DNA of 64,000 nt from Octopus vulgaris (GCA_951406725.2 OX597822.1:44950001-45014000), one strand, 5' to 3'. Shown: positions 1 to 14,746, numbered from the stretch's first letter. Program-made: numbers and translations. The notes: a model not told the origin generated them from the letters alone.

Positions 1-579
1 GCTAGATTATAACACCTTTACCTAACTATATCTCACGAAATACTAACACGTATGCACATATACATATGTGTGGTGTATGTGTATGCGTGTACATGTGTCC
101 GTGTGTATGGGGACGTAAGTTTCTATGTGATTGACGTTTTTTTTTGTTGTTTATAGATCCCTTCAATATTTACCATATTAACTTTGCAGAATTCTAAAGA
201 CATATTCTATTAATCTCCGTTTCCATGTCCATTTTTCATTAATATTTTATATATTTAATTTTCATATAATTATTTCATGATATTTATTTCTACCGCCTCA
301 GAATTATTCACTACAACAAACGATGATGGATATTTTTCTGAATTATAACCTTGGAAACGAGGGCACGAATAAATAATGTGTTCAGATGAATTTGGCGAAG
401 ACAGAAAAAATTAAATAAACACGAGGAAGTTCTATAGTTTGTAACAATATATATATACGGTACGCCAACATTACCAAGAGCTATATATTTTGTATTGTAT
501 ACAAAATGAAGTTAATATATGATATATTAAATAAATTATAATATAGGAGGCTATTGGCATTAAAAGTCATATATATCGT

Positions 580-950
580 GACACACCGTCGGTTACGACG
601 ACGAGGGTTCCAGTTGATCCGATCAACGGAATAGCTTGTTCGTGAAATTAACGTGTCGTGGCTGAGCACTCCACAAACACGTACCCTTAACGTAGTTCTC
701 GGGGAGATTCAACGTGACACGGAGTGCGACAAGGATGGCCCCTTTGAAATACAAGGTACAACAGAAACAGAAAGTCGTGTTGAAAGAATACAGCAGGGTT
801 CGCCACCACACCCTGCCGGAGCCACGTGGGACCTTCGTGGAGTTTTGTGTTTTCGCTCAATAAACACTAGTTAAACATGATCTGGGGATCGAAATCGCGA
901 TCCTATGACCGCGAGTTCAGTGTCATAAACACTGGGCCATTGCGTCACCA
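580..950 (-). mobile_element. tRNA-headed SINE, family A
   Basis: Minus strand begins GGTGACGCAATGGCCCAGTGTTTA (A-box-like) ... GATTTCGATCCCC (B-box-like). The body ending GATCAACTGGAACCCTCGTCGTCGTAACCGACGG recurs at 23480-23748 and 40915-41215; the head recurs at 63910-64000. Confidence 0.8.
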
Positions 951-973
951 TATATATATATATATATATATAT

Positions 974-1114
974 AATAGTGTACATTTAAACACAAGAGAA
1001 ACTGCCTTCAACAAGCAGTTTTACACGCTAGAAGTAGTCAAAACCACATTTAAGCGTAATCTTCAAAACTGCCTGTTGAAGGCAGTTTTCTCTTGTGTTT
1101 AAATGTACGCTATT
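974..1114. repeat. ~40 bp inverted repeat with ~60 bp spacer
   Basis: AATAGTGTACATTTAAACACAAGAGAAACTGCCTTCAACA (974-1013) vs TGTTGAAGGCAGTTTTCTCTTGTGTTTAAATGTACGCTATT (~1075-1114). Confidence 0.8.
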
Positions 1115-1441
1115 TCATATTGAGAATATGTTATCTATTGACTTTTTATACATGCTAGGCCACTGGTATTGAAATTTCTAAAAAAAACTCGCTACCCTAT
1201 ATTTTACGTATACATATGTGTGTGTGTGTATGTGTGTGTGTGTGCGTGTGTGCGTGTGTGTGTGTGTAAGGGGAATAGAAAAGCGACATAAGCCACGTTT
1301 TTCTATTTCAACTTTTTGAAAATCGATGTAAACTGTGAAATTGGTGAAATCTTTAAATATAATAATAAAAATATATTTTAACTATTCTCAGTGCATTTTC
1401 AACTCCTAATTTTCCTATATTTCTACCCGTATGAAATAAAA

Positions 1442-1517
<76 letters not shown>

Positions 1518-1753
1518 GAGAGATGAGCAAAGTAGCAAGTTTTAAAATCTCGAGAAGAGATCAGAGTAGTAACAATACTAACAAGTAAAGTCAATCGCCA
1601 AGTCACAGTGGCTGTTCTATGTTACTATTAGTTCAACTCCAGGGAGATCTTCCGTCAGCTGGTTATCGGTGCAACGCAACGGCCTTTTTATAAAAATATA
1701 TATATTGCTAAAAGGGGGAGTGAATACTTACCATCCTCTAGCACGCAACAGGA

Positions 1754-1802
1754 TCGCGAGACTAATTCAGTTTCGAGCCGGTTGGCTTATCCTCAGTTGC
1801 GA
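1754..1802 (-). ncRNA. Type I hammerhead ribozyme motif
   Basis: Minus: TCGCAA-CTGAGGA-T-AAGCC aacc GGCTC-GAAA-CTG aat TAG-TC-TCGCGA. Stem I pairs 5 of 6; GUC cleavage triplet. Confidence 0.7.
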
Positions 1803-1969
1803 GCAGCTGGCCATCAGAGTCATAGCCGGTGTCCGCTCCAGGCAGTAATATATTGTAAACTAAGTGACCAATGGTTACTAATTTTCAACTAGCAAAATAG
1901 CAAGAAGAGATTAGAGTAGTCAACCTCCATATCGCTCCCACGGCTAGGACTATATATTCTTTTCTACTT

Positions 1970-2390
1970 TAGGCACAAGAACACAATTTTTGGTGAGAAG
2001 GCCAGTCGATTAGATTGACCCAAGTACGCAACCGGAAGGATGAAAGGCAAAGTGGACATCGGCGGAATTTGAACTCAGAACGTAAAGACAGATGGAATAA
2101 CGCTAAGCATTTCGCCCGGCGCTCTAACGTTTCTACCAGCTCGTTGCTTTTTAAAGGTAAATTCTTTTCTACTCTAGATACAAGGCCCAAGATTTTTGGA
2201 GAGGAGGCCCAGTCGATTAGATCGACCCAAGTACGCAACTGGTACTTAATTTATCGAGCCCGGAAGGCTGAAAGGCAAAGTGTACCTCGGTGGAATTTGA
2301 ACTCAGAACATAAAGACAGACGAAATAACGCTAAGCATTTCGCCCGGCGTGTTAACGTTTCTACCAGCTCGTTGCTTTTTAAAGGTAAGT
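1970..2390 (-). mobile_element. Tandem pair of tRNA-headed SINE family B
   Basis: Two head-to-tail units containing GAGCTGGTAGAAACGTT...GTTCTGAGTTCAAATTCC... and the TTG(T)(G/A)(C/T)CTAGAGTAGAAAAGAAT-type tail. Confidence 0.85.
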
Positions 2391-2667
2391 AAATATAAAA
2401 TATATATTTTTTTGTTCTTTGATGGAGAACTGGATCTCAAAGTATATAGACAGAGACTGTATCGTTAGCTAACTAGAGAAGATGTCTTCCTGGGGCTATA
2501 AACAACAGTAGCATCGTCCCCTATGGGTCCGCCACATTTAGGTGGCAAATGTACTTCCCGATATATATATATGTATATACATACATACATATATATATAC
2601 ACATATATATAGATACAAATATATATATATACATATATATATAGACACAAATATATATATACGTATA

Positions 2668-2714
<47 letters not shown>

Positions 2715-2860
2715 AATATATATAGATTGAGAGTTTATATCTACACACACACACAAATATACATATGTGTGTGTAAAAAGGTTCAATTAAATTCCGTCCT
2801 TAAATTTGGAGGATTACGAAAAAAGATTTCAAATATTGATTCTTCATCGTTTGTTTGTTC

Positions 2861-3119
2861 AAGTTTACGAATTTGAAAATAATACTTGTATACGCTGTGT
2901 TAGATGGATTTATGGAAAGATATCCCATAAAACTCAACAAATGGGGGAGAGAACATGTTAAAATGTAAGAGAATTTTAATTTTAAAATTTAATTTTAAAA
3001 TTCTTTTACATTTTAACGTCTCTTCTCCATTTTTAACATCTTTGTTGAGTTTTATGGGACTCCTTTCCATAAAATCTCAATACACCATATACAAGTATTA
3101 TTTTCATATTCGGAAACTT
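2861..3119. mobile_element. Palindromic foldback / MITE-like element
   Basis: AAGTTTACGAATTTGAAAATAATACTTGTATA... mirrors ...TATACAAGTATTATTTTCATATTCGGAAACTT; inner CCCATAAAACTCAACAAA / TTTGTTGAGTTTTATGGG; centre near 2990. Confidence 0.75.
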
Positions 3120-3151
3120 ACACTAGTAAGGTACAAGCAAAAAGTGAAGAA

Positions 3152-3207
<56 letters not shown>

Positions 3208-3523
3208 CACATACAGACATACATACATACATACATACATACATACAAACATACATACACATATACATACGTGTATGTATGCGTGTGTGAGTGTCTGGAA
3301 TGCTTCTTTCTGCATTCGTCTGTCGGAGAAGAGACAGACACAGAGTCTGAAAGAGAGAGAAAGAGATAGAGAGGGAGAGAGAGAAATAGATAAATGAGCG
3401 CAGTATTTATTTACGTATCTATCTGTATGTTTGTGTATATACGCACACGCACATATATACATATATACACGTACATAGATATATATCTACATATATATAT
3501 ATATATATATAATATATATATAT

Positions 3524-3571
<48 letters not shown>

Positions 3572-3662
3572 CACATATATATATATATACATATATATAT
3601 ACATATATATATACATATATATATATATATACATATATACATATATACATATATATATATAT

Positions 3663-3760
<98 letters not shown>

Positions 3761-3807
3761 GTAGTAAAGAGTAAAAGAGTATATATATATACATATATAT
3801 ACATACA

Positions 3808-3870
<63 letters not shown>

Positions 3871-4119
3871 GCCTCTACGTCACGTAGCTTTCGCATAATT
3901 TTTCCAATATATTTTCAGTAAATATTTGCTTATTTATCATCCATATATATATGTATTTGCTCAAATGCCATCCATCATATACATGCATATATATTACGAT
4001 AATATATGATATTATATGTATAATGCATATTGTATATTATATACACATGTAACCTGTACACATATACTTACATATATACATACATACATACACGTATATA
4101 TATATATATATATATATAT

Positions 4120-4158
<39 letters not shown>

Positions 4159-4188
4159 GTATATATATATGTATATATATATATATAT

Positions 4189-4315
<127 letters not shown>

Positions 4316-4962
4316 TAGATATAGATATGTGTATGTATGAGTGTACCTGTATGTATTTATTTATGTATGTATGTATGTATACATATAGGCGTCCGTTTGT
4401 GTGTTTCCTGTTTGCTTATATTCGTTAACCTCATTCTCGTAAGATCTGAGAAGCAACATGAATGAAAATATATAAATGTCGCCACCGTCTGCTTCGCTTG
4501 CTGCCGCCAAGCTGCGTCACTTTCAAATATTTTATGCGATGTCACACGGCGACCGCTTTTTCATGTGCATCGTACGTGCAAATGTCTGAGAGTCGACGCA
4601 TTGAAGTTCACACGTCTTAAATCGATTGCACACACACGTACACACTCACAGTCACTTATTCTTACACATAAATGAGCACTGCTCGAACGCAGATATTCAG
4701 CCTTCAGTCACCCACGTGAGCAAACATACTCAAACACTTGTAGTTATTTATTTGCACATGTTTGCACATATTTATGTGTGCGTGTGTATAAGAGTACGTA
4801 ACAAATTATACATACTCATACGTAAATATATGTATATATATGGCGGTATCTACTTGTTTGTCGGTGTATATGTGTTTGTATACGTTTGAGTGCGTGTATG
4901 TGTATGCGTGCGTGTGTACGTGCATGTATGTATGTATGTATGTATGTATGTATGTGTGTATG

Positions 4963-5109
<147 letters not shown>

Positions 5110-5862
5110 CAGTCAACTCTTGCTACTATGCCACTTGTAAACTGAAGCGCACGCGACTTTTCGAAATTTTGTACTCCTACATTTCGTACATTTCGTATTT
5201 GTAATCTTGTGGAAAAGTTCAGAAAGTAGCACACAATGTCAGCTTAGAAACGCAAGCGGACTGAGTTTACGCTGCAGGAAAAGAAGGAGATTATCGATGC
5301 TGCGAAAAACGTTATTGTCGGGCCCCTCGTATCATTAGTAATATCTGATACAAGTTACCGCCCCTTGTATTGTCCGACATGTTTAACTCTAGAAGAAATA
5401 GCAAAGGAGGTAATGCATAACGAAGAGCCGGTGGAAAGTGAAGACGACGAGTTAATTGTGGAAGAGGAATACGTTTCGTTTGCAGATGCCCAGAGAGCAT
5501 GGAGCACTATCCGAAAGTTTATGCAGCAGCAGAGCAGCGAACAAAACCCAGCGTCATGCAGGCGTGTGATAGGCTAGACAACGAAATGAATGAAATCCGC
5601 AGGAAGAAGATGCGTCAGCCGACAATTTTTGAGAGCTTCGGGATTAACTAAAAGCAATCTGAACTTAATAAACTTGAATGTCTTCTTTTTACCATTGCAT
5701 TGAACTTCTTATTGGCCTTACTTCCTACCCTATGAATTTTTATTCGTATGTTCAGTAAATTTTTGGTTATGTAGTGTTTAGGTAACAGACCCTCGGTGCT
5801 ATGCCACTCTCGGTACTATGCCATTTGGATCAGTCCCGCAGGGTGGCATAGTAGCGAGAGTT

Positions 5863-5867
<5 letters not shown>
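5110..5867 (+). mobile_element. Internally deleted pogo/Tigger-family DNA transposon
   Basis: TIRs CAGTCAACTCTTGCTACTATGCCAC / GTGGCATAGTAGCGAGAGTTGACT within (TA)n. N-terminal CENP-B-like HTH remnant KRKRTEFTLQEKKEIIDAAK (~5237-5310) is joined to an acidic C-terminal part (TLEEIAKEV...VSFADAQRAW...KKMRQPTIFESF); DDE core is missing. Subterminal TIR-like repeats at ~5792-5824. Confidence 0.8.
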
Positions 5868-5919
<52 letters not shown>

Positions 5920-5949
5920 TCAAAATAAAAACATGATGCCAAGGATTCA

Positions 5950-6027
5950 GCGGTACATATGTTTCGGGCCTTTATTAGACGGATTTATAACAATGCATAA
6001 TGTGTGTCTATGGCCTTCTTCAGCCGC
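5950..6027 (-). ncRNA. Type I hammerhead ribozyme motif (inverted copy)
   Basis: Reverse complement of the motif at 6209-6286. Confidence 0.8.
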
Positions 6028-6208
6028 GCACAACTACTACCTCAAGGACATGTATTACATCAAAAATTCTATTCTACATTGAGAGAAGGACGAGATGGAC
6101 GCTTCATTTTTATGCTATTGCCGCATTATGTCGTACGCGAATGAGAGGATTTGCATCCCCAACGTAGAATTTTTGATGTAATACACGTCCTTGAGGTAAT
6201 AGTTGTGC

Positions 6209-6286
6209 GCGGCTGAAGAAGGCCATAGACACACATTATGCATTGTTATAAATCCGTCTAATAAAGGCCCGAAACATATGTACCGC
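6209..6286 (+). ncRNA. Type I hammerhead ribozyme motif
   Basis: GCGG-CTGAAGA-A-GGCC ATAGAC...GTCTA ATAAA GGCC-C-GAAA-CATATG-TA-CCGC. Stem I GCGG/CCGC, palindromic stem III CATATG, GUA triplet. Confidence 0.8.
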
Positions 6287-6391
6287 TGAATCCTTAGCAT
6301 CATGTTTTTATTTTGATTAATTTACTCCACCACCTACACCACCAAACGGTATATACAGGTGCTTACAATTATCAAGTACTCACCCTGAATT

Positions 6392-6484
<93 letters not shown>

Positions 6485-6486
<2 letters not shown>

Positions 6487-6665
6487 GGAGAAGTTTAAAA
6501 AAAAACAAAAGACGAAGACAGGTATTGTAGAGAACAAACAGATCTATTAGTATAACGCTCGGGAAGGGAAAAAGTTCTTAACGTTTCGAGCATACGCTCT
6601 TCCACAGAAAGGACCACAGAAAGAAACAAGGAGAGAAAATAAAGAATATGTAGTGGCTAGCGATC
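6485..6665 (-). mobile_element. Short repeat family carrying a CUGUNGA hammerhead variant (motif 6575-6612)
   Basis: Minus: CCTTT-CTGTGGA-A-GAGC gtat GCTC-GAAA-CG-TT-AAGAA. Homologous to 8550-8730, 18381-18565 and 35500-35622. Confidence 0.7.
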
Positions 6666-6830
6666 TGCGGGTATGGTTGTGTGTTAAGATGCTTGCTTCC
6701 TAAGCATATGGTTCCGGATTCAGTCTCACTGCGTGGCACCTTGGGCAAGTATCTTCTGTTATAGCCTCAGGCCGACAAAACCCTTGTGATTGGATTTGAT
6801 AGACGGAAACTGAAAGAACCCTGCCGTGTA
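6665..6830 (+). mobile_element. tRNA-headed SINE family C (internal microsatellite), 5' half
   Basis: GGTTCCGGATTCAGTCTCACTGCGTGGCACCTTGGGCAAG...GACGGAAACTGAAAGAA. Other copies or halves at ~8740-8905, 9515-9720, 19560-19765, 20005-20400, 23025-23420, 30345-31145, 33180-33380, 45085-45530, 50035-50200, 59845-60020 and 63460-63680. Confidence 0.8.
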
Positions 6831-6835
6831 TATAC

Positions 6836-6899
<64 letters not shown>

Positions 6900-7488
6900 A
6901 TATGTGTATATATATGTGTATATATATGTACATATGTATGTATGTATACATAGATATATCGTGTGTTTAAGTATGTGTATATGTGTGTCTGTGTGTGCGT
7001 ATATATGTATGTCATATATAATTTTCCGAATTACTGACTCAATGGCCTTGCTTTACGCTCGAATACATTTATCTAGCAAATTTCAAAAGCTCATTGACGC
7101 GATAAACTCACTATAAAAATATGTGTGCATATGTGTATACAGATGTATATGTTTATCTGCATGTATGTATGAGTAAGTTAGTATGTATATATGTACATAT
7201 GTTTATTTGTATGTATGTATGTATGTATGTATGTATGCATGCATGTATCTATGCTCACATACGCAGTTTATTTATATTTCATCTTGCGCTTTTTCATGTG
7301 CACCGTACGTGCAATTGTCTAAGTGTCGACACTTGAGTCTCAGGCTATTGCGATCACCAGCCAAGTTGTATTCGTTATCTGTGATTCGTTTTATATAACC
7401 TGAAGTATGTATATTTTCTCTTTATATCTATTTTTGTCATTGATGGGTTTCAAAATTGTCTTTTATTAACGTTTTTATTTTTCTTTGT

Positions 7489-7633
7489 CGAATATTCATT
7501 TCTTCACTTGTTCTACATGTCAATATTCTTTTTCAGTTGCTCGTATTGCCTGTACCTTTTCGAATATTCATTTCTTTACTTGTTCTACATGTCATTGGTA
7601 TTTTTTTCCTCAATTCCTTGTATTGCCTGTACC
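7489..7633. repeat. Two-unit ~72 bp tandem repeat
   Basis: CGAATATTCATTTCTT(C/T)ACTTGTTCTACATGTCA...GTATTGCCTGTACCT occurs at 7489 and 7561. Confidence 0.8.
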
Positions 7634-8116
7634 TGTTGATTACACCATTCATATCCTGTTTTACTAAAGTTTACGCTCTGTCTGGTTCATAAATTGTTAT
7701 TTAAGATCTGTTTTTTTAAAGATGGTTTTGACATAATCTGCGGAGTTAGTATTTTATAAACGAAGTTTCTAGATATTCATTCTTTTCAGTGGATTAATGT
7801 GGATTATGCTTTTGTTGTATTTTCCCACTAGATGTTAATGGTGTTGACAATGGCAATCTTAGTAGTGAGGAAGTTGTAACTCGAGGTGAGAATACGCGGA
7901 GTTGTTTAGAGAACAACATGTGCTGTTCCTTTGTACTTAATTTTAGTTAGTGATACACATTCCAGCCCACTCACTGGAGCGAACGAGGCTATTTATGTTT
8001 AGAATCTCGTGATAAGTCAGCAACAAAAAGTAATTTAAATACATACATTATTTCAATCAACATTCTTCTTGTAATTGCTTAGTTTCAAATTCAAACATCA
8101 TATGTATATGTATATA

Positions 8117-8205
<89 letters not shown>

Positions 8206-8325
8206 AAAATGTCGAAGATATATGGATACTTAGTTTGTTTTATTTTTTTTATCACGATGAAAAAAGTAATACGTAAAGATTTGAGATTTAAAGGAACAGA
8301 ATAAATAAAAGAAATAAACATAAAA

Positions 8326-8371
8326 GAATCCTACATATGTTTCAATCTGGCCATTAGGTTCAGATCATCAC
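8326..8371 (-). ncRNA. 5'-disrupted hammerhead motif
   Basis: Minus: ...TGA-T-GATCTG aacctaatggc CAGATT-GAAA-CATATG-TA-GGATTC. The CUGA start and the 5' strand of stem I are not intact. Confidence 0.5.
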
Positions 8372-8628
8372 CATTCAAGCGATGGTAGAAAAGCTGAGCA
8401 GGCCGATATCCAACCGCACATACTGTTGCGCCGCAGTATTTACTTTACAGTCGTGCCGAAATATTTACTTAAACACTTCAGTTTTTTCGTATCATAGACC
8501 ATCGACCACTTTTCTCCACTGATCTCAAATCTAGGCCATCATTTCTGTTTATAAAAAAGCAAAGACGGAGACAGGTGTAGGAAGGACAAGGAAGTGTATT
8601 AGTTTGACGCTGGGGAAAAATTGAAAAG

Positions 8629-8666
8629 CCTCTTACATTTCGAGCCTATGCTCATCGACAGAAAGG
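8629..8666 (-). ncRNA. Hammerhead variant (CUGUCGA core)
   Basis: Minus: CCTTT-CTGTCGA-T-GAGC atag GCTC-GAAA-TG-TA-AGAGG; stem I CCTTT/AGAGG. Confidence 0.65.
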
Positions 8667-9717
8667 AATAAGAGGAAATAAATTGAGAATGAAAATAACA
8701 TGTTGAGTTCAGTGGTACAACATGGACAGGATTTTATACATACGATAGGCTTCTTCCAGTTTCTGTCTACCAAATGCACCCACAAGTCTTTAATTGGCCC
8801 GAAGCTATAGTAGAAGACACTTGTCCAAGGTTCCACGTAGAGGGACCGAAACCGGAACCATGTGGTTACGAAGCAAGCTTCCTAACACACAGCCATACCT
8901 GTGTACGACCTATTTTATTGATACAGATTCTTGTGGAGAGATTAAGGCAATTACATAAATATGGACTCCTATACTCAGACCGAAGCACACACAGGGTTAA
9001 CGTGTGGCTTAAGTATTACTGCAGTTGTTTTTCCTCTTTGATTCAATGTCGTAGCTAAAACTGTTCCAAATCTCTGCACCATTCTACTTTCTTTGCAATA
9101 TTTGTCTATCTACAAGGCTAAAGTTTAACCCTCGATAGAGATACGAAGAGTTTCTTTGTTCAACGAAACAACTGTTACGACTAGCGCTGGCCAACATTTG
9201 GAAGAAGGTGGTCTCAATATACCGAGGTAAATCATGGGGGTCTGTATGAGTAGATTTGAGAGAAGGGGATGTAGAAATGCTGATCAAACCGATATCCAAC
9301 AGCACACGCTGTTGTGCCATAGTATTTACTTTACGGTGGCGAGGCAGATTTACTTAAGCACTTCAGTATCTCCGTAGCATAAACCATAGACCACTAGCTG
9401 CACTGATCTCAAATCAAGGCCATCATTTCTGTTTCTCTCCCGTATCTTGGTTGTTTCCCTGAGGAAAGTCCTTGCACTCCCAGACCTTGCTGGTCACCAG
9501 TTTTCATGGATGCTTACTCTTTGACTTGTTTCAGTCATTAGATTGCGGCCATACTGAAGCACGGCCTTGAATTTTGAGTCGAATGACGCGACCCCAATCT
9601 TTCTTTTAAGCCTGGTACATATTCTAATCGGTCTCTTTTCCCGAACAGCTATATTACGAGGATGTAAACACCGGCTGTCAAGCGATGGTAGGGGAACAAA
9701 CACAGAAACACGCACAT

Positions 9718-9755
<38 letters not shown>

Positions 9756-9761
9756 GTATGT

Positions 9762-9817
<56 letters not shown>

Positions 9818-9823
9818 GTATGT

Positions 9824-9862
<39 letters not shown>

Positions 9863-9897
9863 CATACATACACACACATATATATATATATGTATGT

Positions 9898-9932
<35 letters not shown>

Positions 9933-10145
9933 GCAAATAAATAGGTGGCTTATTGGCAATTTGAACCTAAAGGCAAAATTAATAGAGGTCATAAAAGTGA
10001 CGGAGGGTACTGACCAGCCCCAGCTGTTGCTAGAAACAAGAGTTAAAACCGCTCAAAAGCCGCAGAGTACTATCTTACATGTAGCTGAGTTTAACTCTAG
10101 GCATTGTTTTAACACTTCTTTCTCGCATATCTGCTAGCATATTTT

Positions 10146-10670
10146 TCAGAGGCGCGTGTGTGTGCGTATATGTACGTATGTGTGTGTGTGTGTGTGCGCG
10201 TGTGTGTATCCGTATGTGTGTGTGTGTGCGCGTGCACGTATGTTTGTGCACGCGAGTGTGTGCGTGTGTGCGTGTGCGTATGTGTATGTGTGTATGCGTG
10301 TGCAAGTGCGTGCGTGTGCGTGTGTGCATGTGTGCGTGAGTGTGTGTGCATGTGTGCGTGTGCGTATGTCTGTGTGCGCGTAATTGTATGTGTGTGGATG
10401 TGCGTGAACGTGTGTGCGTGTGTGTGTGTGTATGTGTGTGTGTGCTTGTATGTGTGTGCGCGTGCACGTATGTTTGTGCACGCGAGTGTGTGCGTGTGTG
10501 CGTGTGCGTATGTGTATGTGTATATGCGTGTGCAAGTGCGTGAGTGTGCGTGTGTGCATGTGTGCGTGAGTGTGTGTGCATGTGTGCGTGTGCGTATGTC
10601 TGTGTGCGCGTGTTTGTATGTGTGTGGGTGTGCGTGAACGTGTGTGCGTCTGTGTGTGCGTACATGTGCT

Positions 10671-10707
<37 letters not shown>
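10146..10707. repeat. Complex (GT/GC)n array with internal ~220 bp duplication
   Basis: GCGCGTGCACGTATGTTTGTGCACGCGAGTGTG occurs at ~10227 and ~10457. Confidence 0.85.
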
Positions 10708-10717
<10 letters not shown>

Positions 10718-10969
10718 AAGAGAAAATATAAAACAAAATGGAGGAAATTACTTAGTCGAAGTTTGTATTCGGCTTGGGTCGCTTCGAGTGAAGATTTCAA
10801 GATCAGCGACATTTAATCCTTTCTTTTCTCGTTTTTCATCTTATTCCATGTTCCAATATTTAATTTCCATTCGATTGATTTGTCGAGGGAACACAACGCG
10901 AAGCAATAAGCATTGAAGTTATACAACAACTATAACAACTGGAAATTAACACCAGTCAGCCAAATATTC

Positions 10970-11620
10970 TATTTTACAAGGCCTGAGATTTTGGGGGAGG
11001 GGGACAGTCGATTAGATCGAACCCAGTACGCAACTGGTACTTAACTTATCGACCCCGAAAGGATGAGGGGAGGCAAAGTCGACCTTGGCGGAATTTGAAA
11101 TCAGTATGTAAAGGCAGACAAAATAGCGCTAAGCTTTTCGCCCGGCGGGCTAACTTTTCTTGCTAGCTCGCCGCCTTTAATATTCCAAGATTCTATTCAA
11201 CTCTAGGCACATGGCCCGAAATTTTGGGGGAGGGGGCCAGTCGATTAGATCGACCCCAGTACGCAACTGGTACTTAATTTATCGATCACGAAAGGCTGAA
11301 AAGCCAAGTCGACCTCAGCGGAATTTGAACTCAGAACGTAAAGACATGAAATACCGCTAAGCATTTTGCCCGGCGTGCTAACGTTTCTTATTTCTTTATT
11401 GTCCACAAGGGGCTAAACATAGAGGAGACAAACAAGGACAGACAAAGGGATTAAGTCGATTACATCGACTCCAGTGCGTAACTGGTACTTAATTTATTGA
11501 CCCCGAAAGGATGAAAGGCAAAGTCGACCTCGGCCAAATTTGAACTCAGAACGTAGTGGCAGACGAAATACCGATAAGCATTTTACCCGGCGTTCTAACG
11601 TTTCTGCCAGCTCGCTGCCT
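10970..11620 (-). mobile_element. Tandem array of SINE family B units, one with a Tx1-like tail
   Basis: Repeated GTCGACCT..GCGGAATTTGAA cores; tail at 11390-11455 reads TTGTCTCCTCTATGTTTAGCCCCTTGTGGACAATAAAGAAA on the minus strand. Confidence 0.85.
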
Positions 11621-12224
11621 TCATTCAGCCAAATATTGTCTCCAAGGTCCTTAAAATTTCATATTCATTCACACATCCAACCTCAACGTAATGTCCACTG
11701 AAATTTGCCGTCAACGTTCTTATCCTGGTCTTCCTGCTAAAACCCTTCAATCGATCGATCGATCGAGCCATCCATCCATCCATCCATCCATCCATCCATC
11801 CATCCATATGTCCATCTACCTGTCTACTTATCTATCCACATATAGGCAAACCCAATCACCCGTCAATCCACTCGTCTATGAAACCATCAGACCAGGCTTT
11901 CACTTACCTATCCACTCCTCAATCACCCTCGCTCTCATGGGAAGAAAGAACTGGTGGTGGTGGTGGTGGTGGTAGTGGTGTTGTTGTTGGTGGTGAGGGT
12001 GGGTGGTGGTGGTTTGGTGGTCAGTAGAGACTGGACAGTGGTCAGTGAAAGGAAAGTATGGATTAGCTGGTCGATGCAGGACGGAACCGGTCACATATAC
12101 AATGCCAATAGTTTTGGGAAACTAAACACTGACTCTGTTAGTAAAGCACAAATATTGAACATGTGCAAACAGGGTTGGTTTGGTAAATATATCGGACCTT
12201 GTATAGAGGTTAATGGTGGATCTG

Positions 12225-12316
12225 ATGGGTGGCGGTGGCGGTGATGGTGGTGGTGGTGGTGGCGGCGGCGGCGGCGGTGGTGGTGGTGGTAGCAGCGGCG
12301 TCGGAACAGTGATTTC

Positions 12317-12350
<34 letters not shown>

Positions 12351-12354
12351 CTAG

Positions 12355-12385
<31 letters not shown>

Positions 12386-12458
12386 AGTAGTTGTTATTGT
12401 TGTTGTTGTTGTTGTTGTAGTAGTAGTAGTAGTAGTAGTAGTTGTTGTTGTTGTTGTT

Positions 12459-12541
<83 letters not shown>

Positions 12542-12575
12542 TGTTGTTGTTGTTGTAGTAGTAGTAGTAGTGGGG
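12225..12575. repeat. (GGT)/(GGC)/(GTA)/(GTT)n trinucleotide array
   Basis: Direct inspection. Confidence 0.95.
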
Positions 12576-12866
12576 TGGGGATTCTGGTTATTTTGGTGGT
12601 GATGTTGCTGATTGTTGCGTGTTGTTACCGTGTTCGTAGGTGGCATCAGTGATTATGAAGATGGGAGCTAGGAATGTGATTGTTGGAAATAATTATGAAG
12701 GCGGGCAATATGGCGGAGGTTAAGGTTAGTTGGATGAGGGAGGGACAAACGGATAGAGAGTATAGAGACGAATCTTTGCGTGTATGTGGCTGTGCGTGGC
12801 TCTGGGGTAGTGGATTCTTTATGGTGTTATACAGCTACGCATACACAGAGAGCTAGATAGATAGAC

Positions 12867-12943
<77 letters not shown>

Positions 12944-13060
12944 TAAACAGACAGTTAGATAGATAGACAGATTGACAGACAGACAGATAGATAGAGAGAG
13001 AGAGAGAGAGATAGACAGACAGACAAATAGATAGACAGACAAACATATAGACAAACAGAC

Positions 13061-13119
<59 letters not shown>

Positions 13120-13124
13120 TAGAT

Positions 13125-13206
<82 letters not shown>

Positions 13207-13257
13207 GGAGAGATAGATAGATAGGCAGCCAGACAGACAGATAAGACAGACAGACAA

Positions 13258-14358
<1,101 letters not shown>

Positions 14359-14411
14359 TATATATATATATATATATATGGATAGATAGATAGATAGATA
14401 GAGATAGATAC

Positions 14412-14471
<60 letters not shown>

Positions 14472-14711
14472 TACCTACATACATACACACGTACATACAT
14501 GGGTGAGTATGTATGTGTGTGCGTGTGTATGGATGCACGCGGGTTGGTGGTTAGGACGGTGCAATTATGAACTTTAGATCGTTATTTCGATTCGTGGATC
14601 AAGTGGTACGTTTTGTTCTGGGATAAAACTCTTCATTCTATGTTGCTCCAGTCTACACAACTAGCAAAAATGGAATGTTATGATATTTTTATTCCTCATT
14701 CCTCTGTGTGT

Positions 14712-14746
<35 letters not shown>

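Larger units (their letters stand above)
5916..6390. mobile_element. Hammerhead-bearing PLE-type element with inverted duplication
   Basis: ~155 bp near-identical inverted arms at 5916-6071 and 6165-6320, each carrying a hammerhead; bounded by (TA)n and (CT)n/(TA)n. Confidence 0.75.

Noticed and set aside
9160-9210. Possible decayed hammerhead on the minus strand
   Set aside because: Neither core box is intact.
12122-12646. Mucin-like poly-Thr/poly-Pro ORF
   Set aside because: Pure trinucleotide arrays with no splice or domain support.
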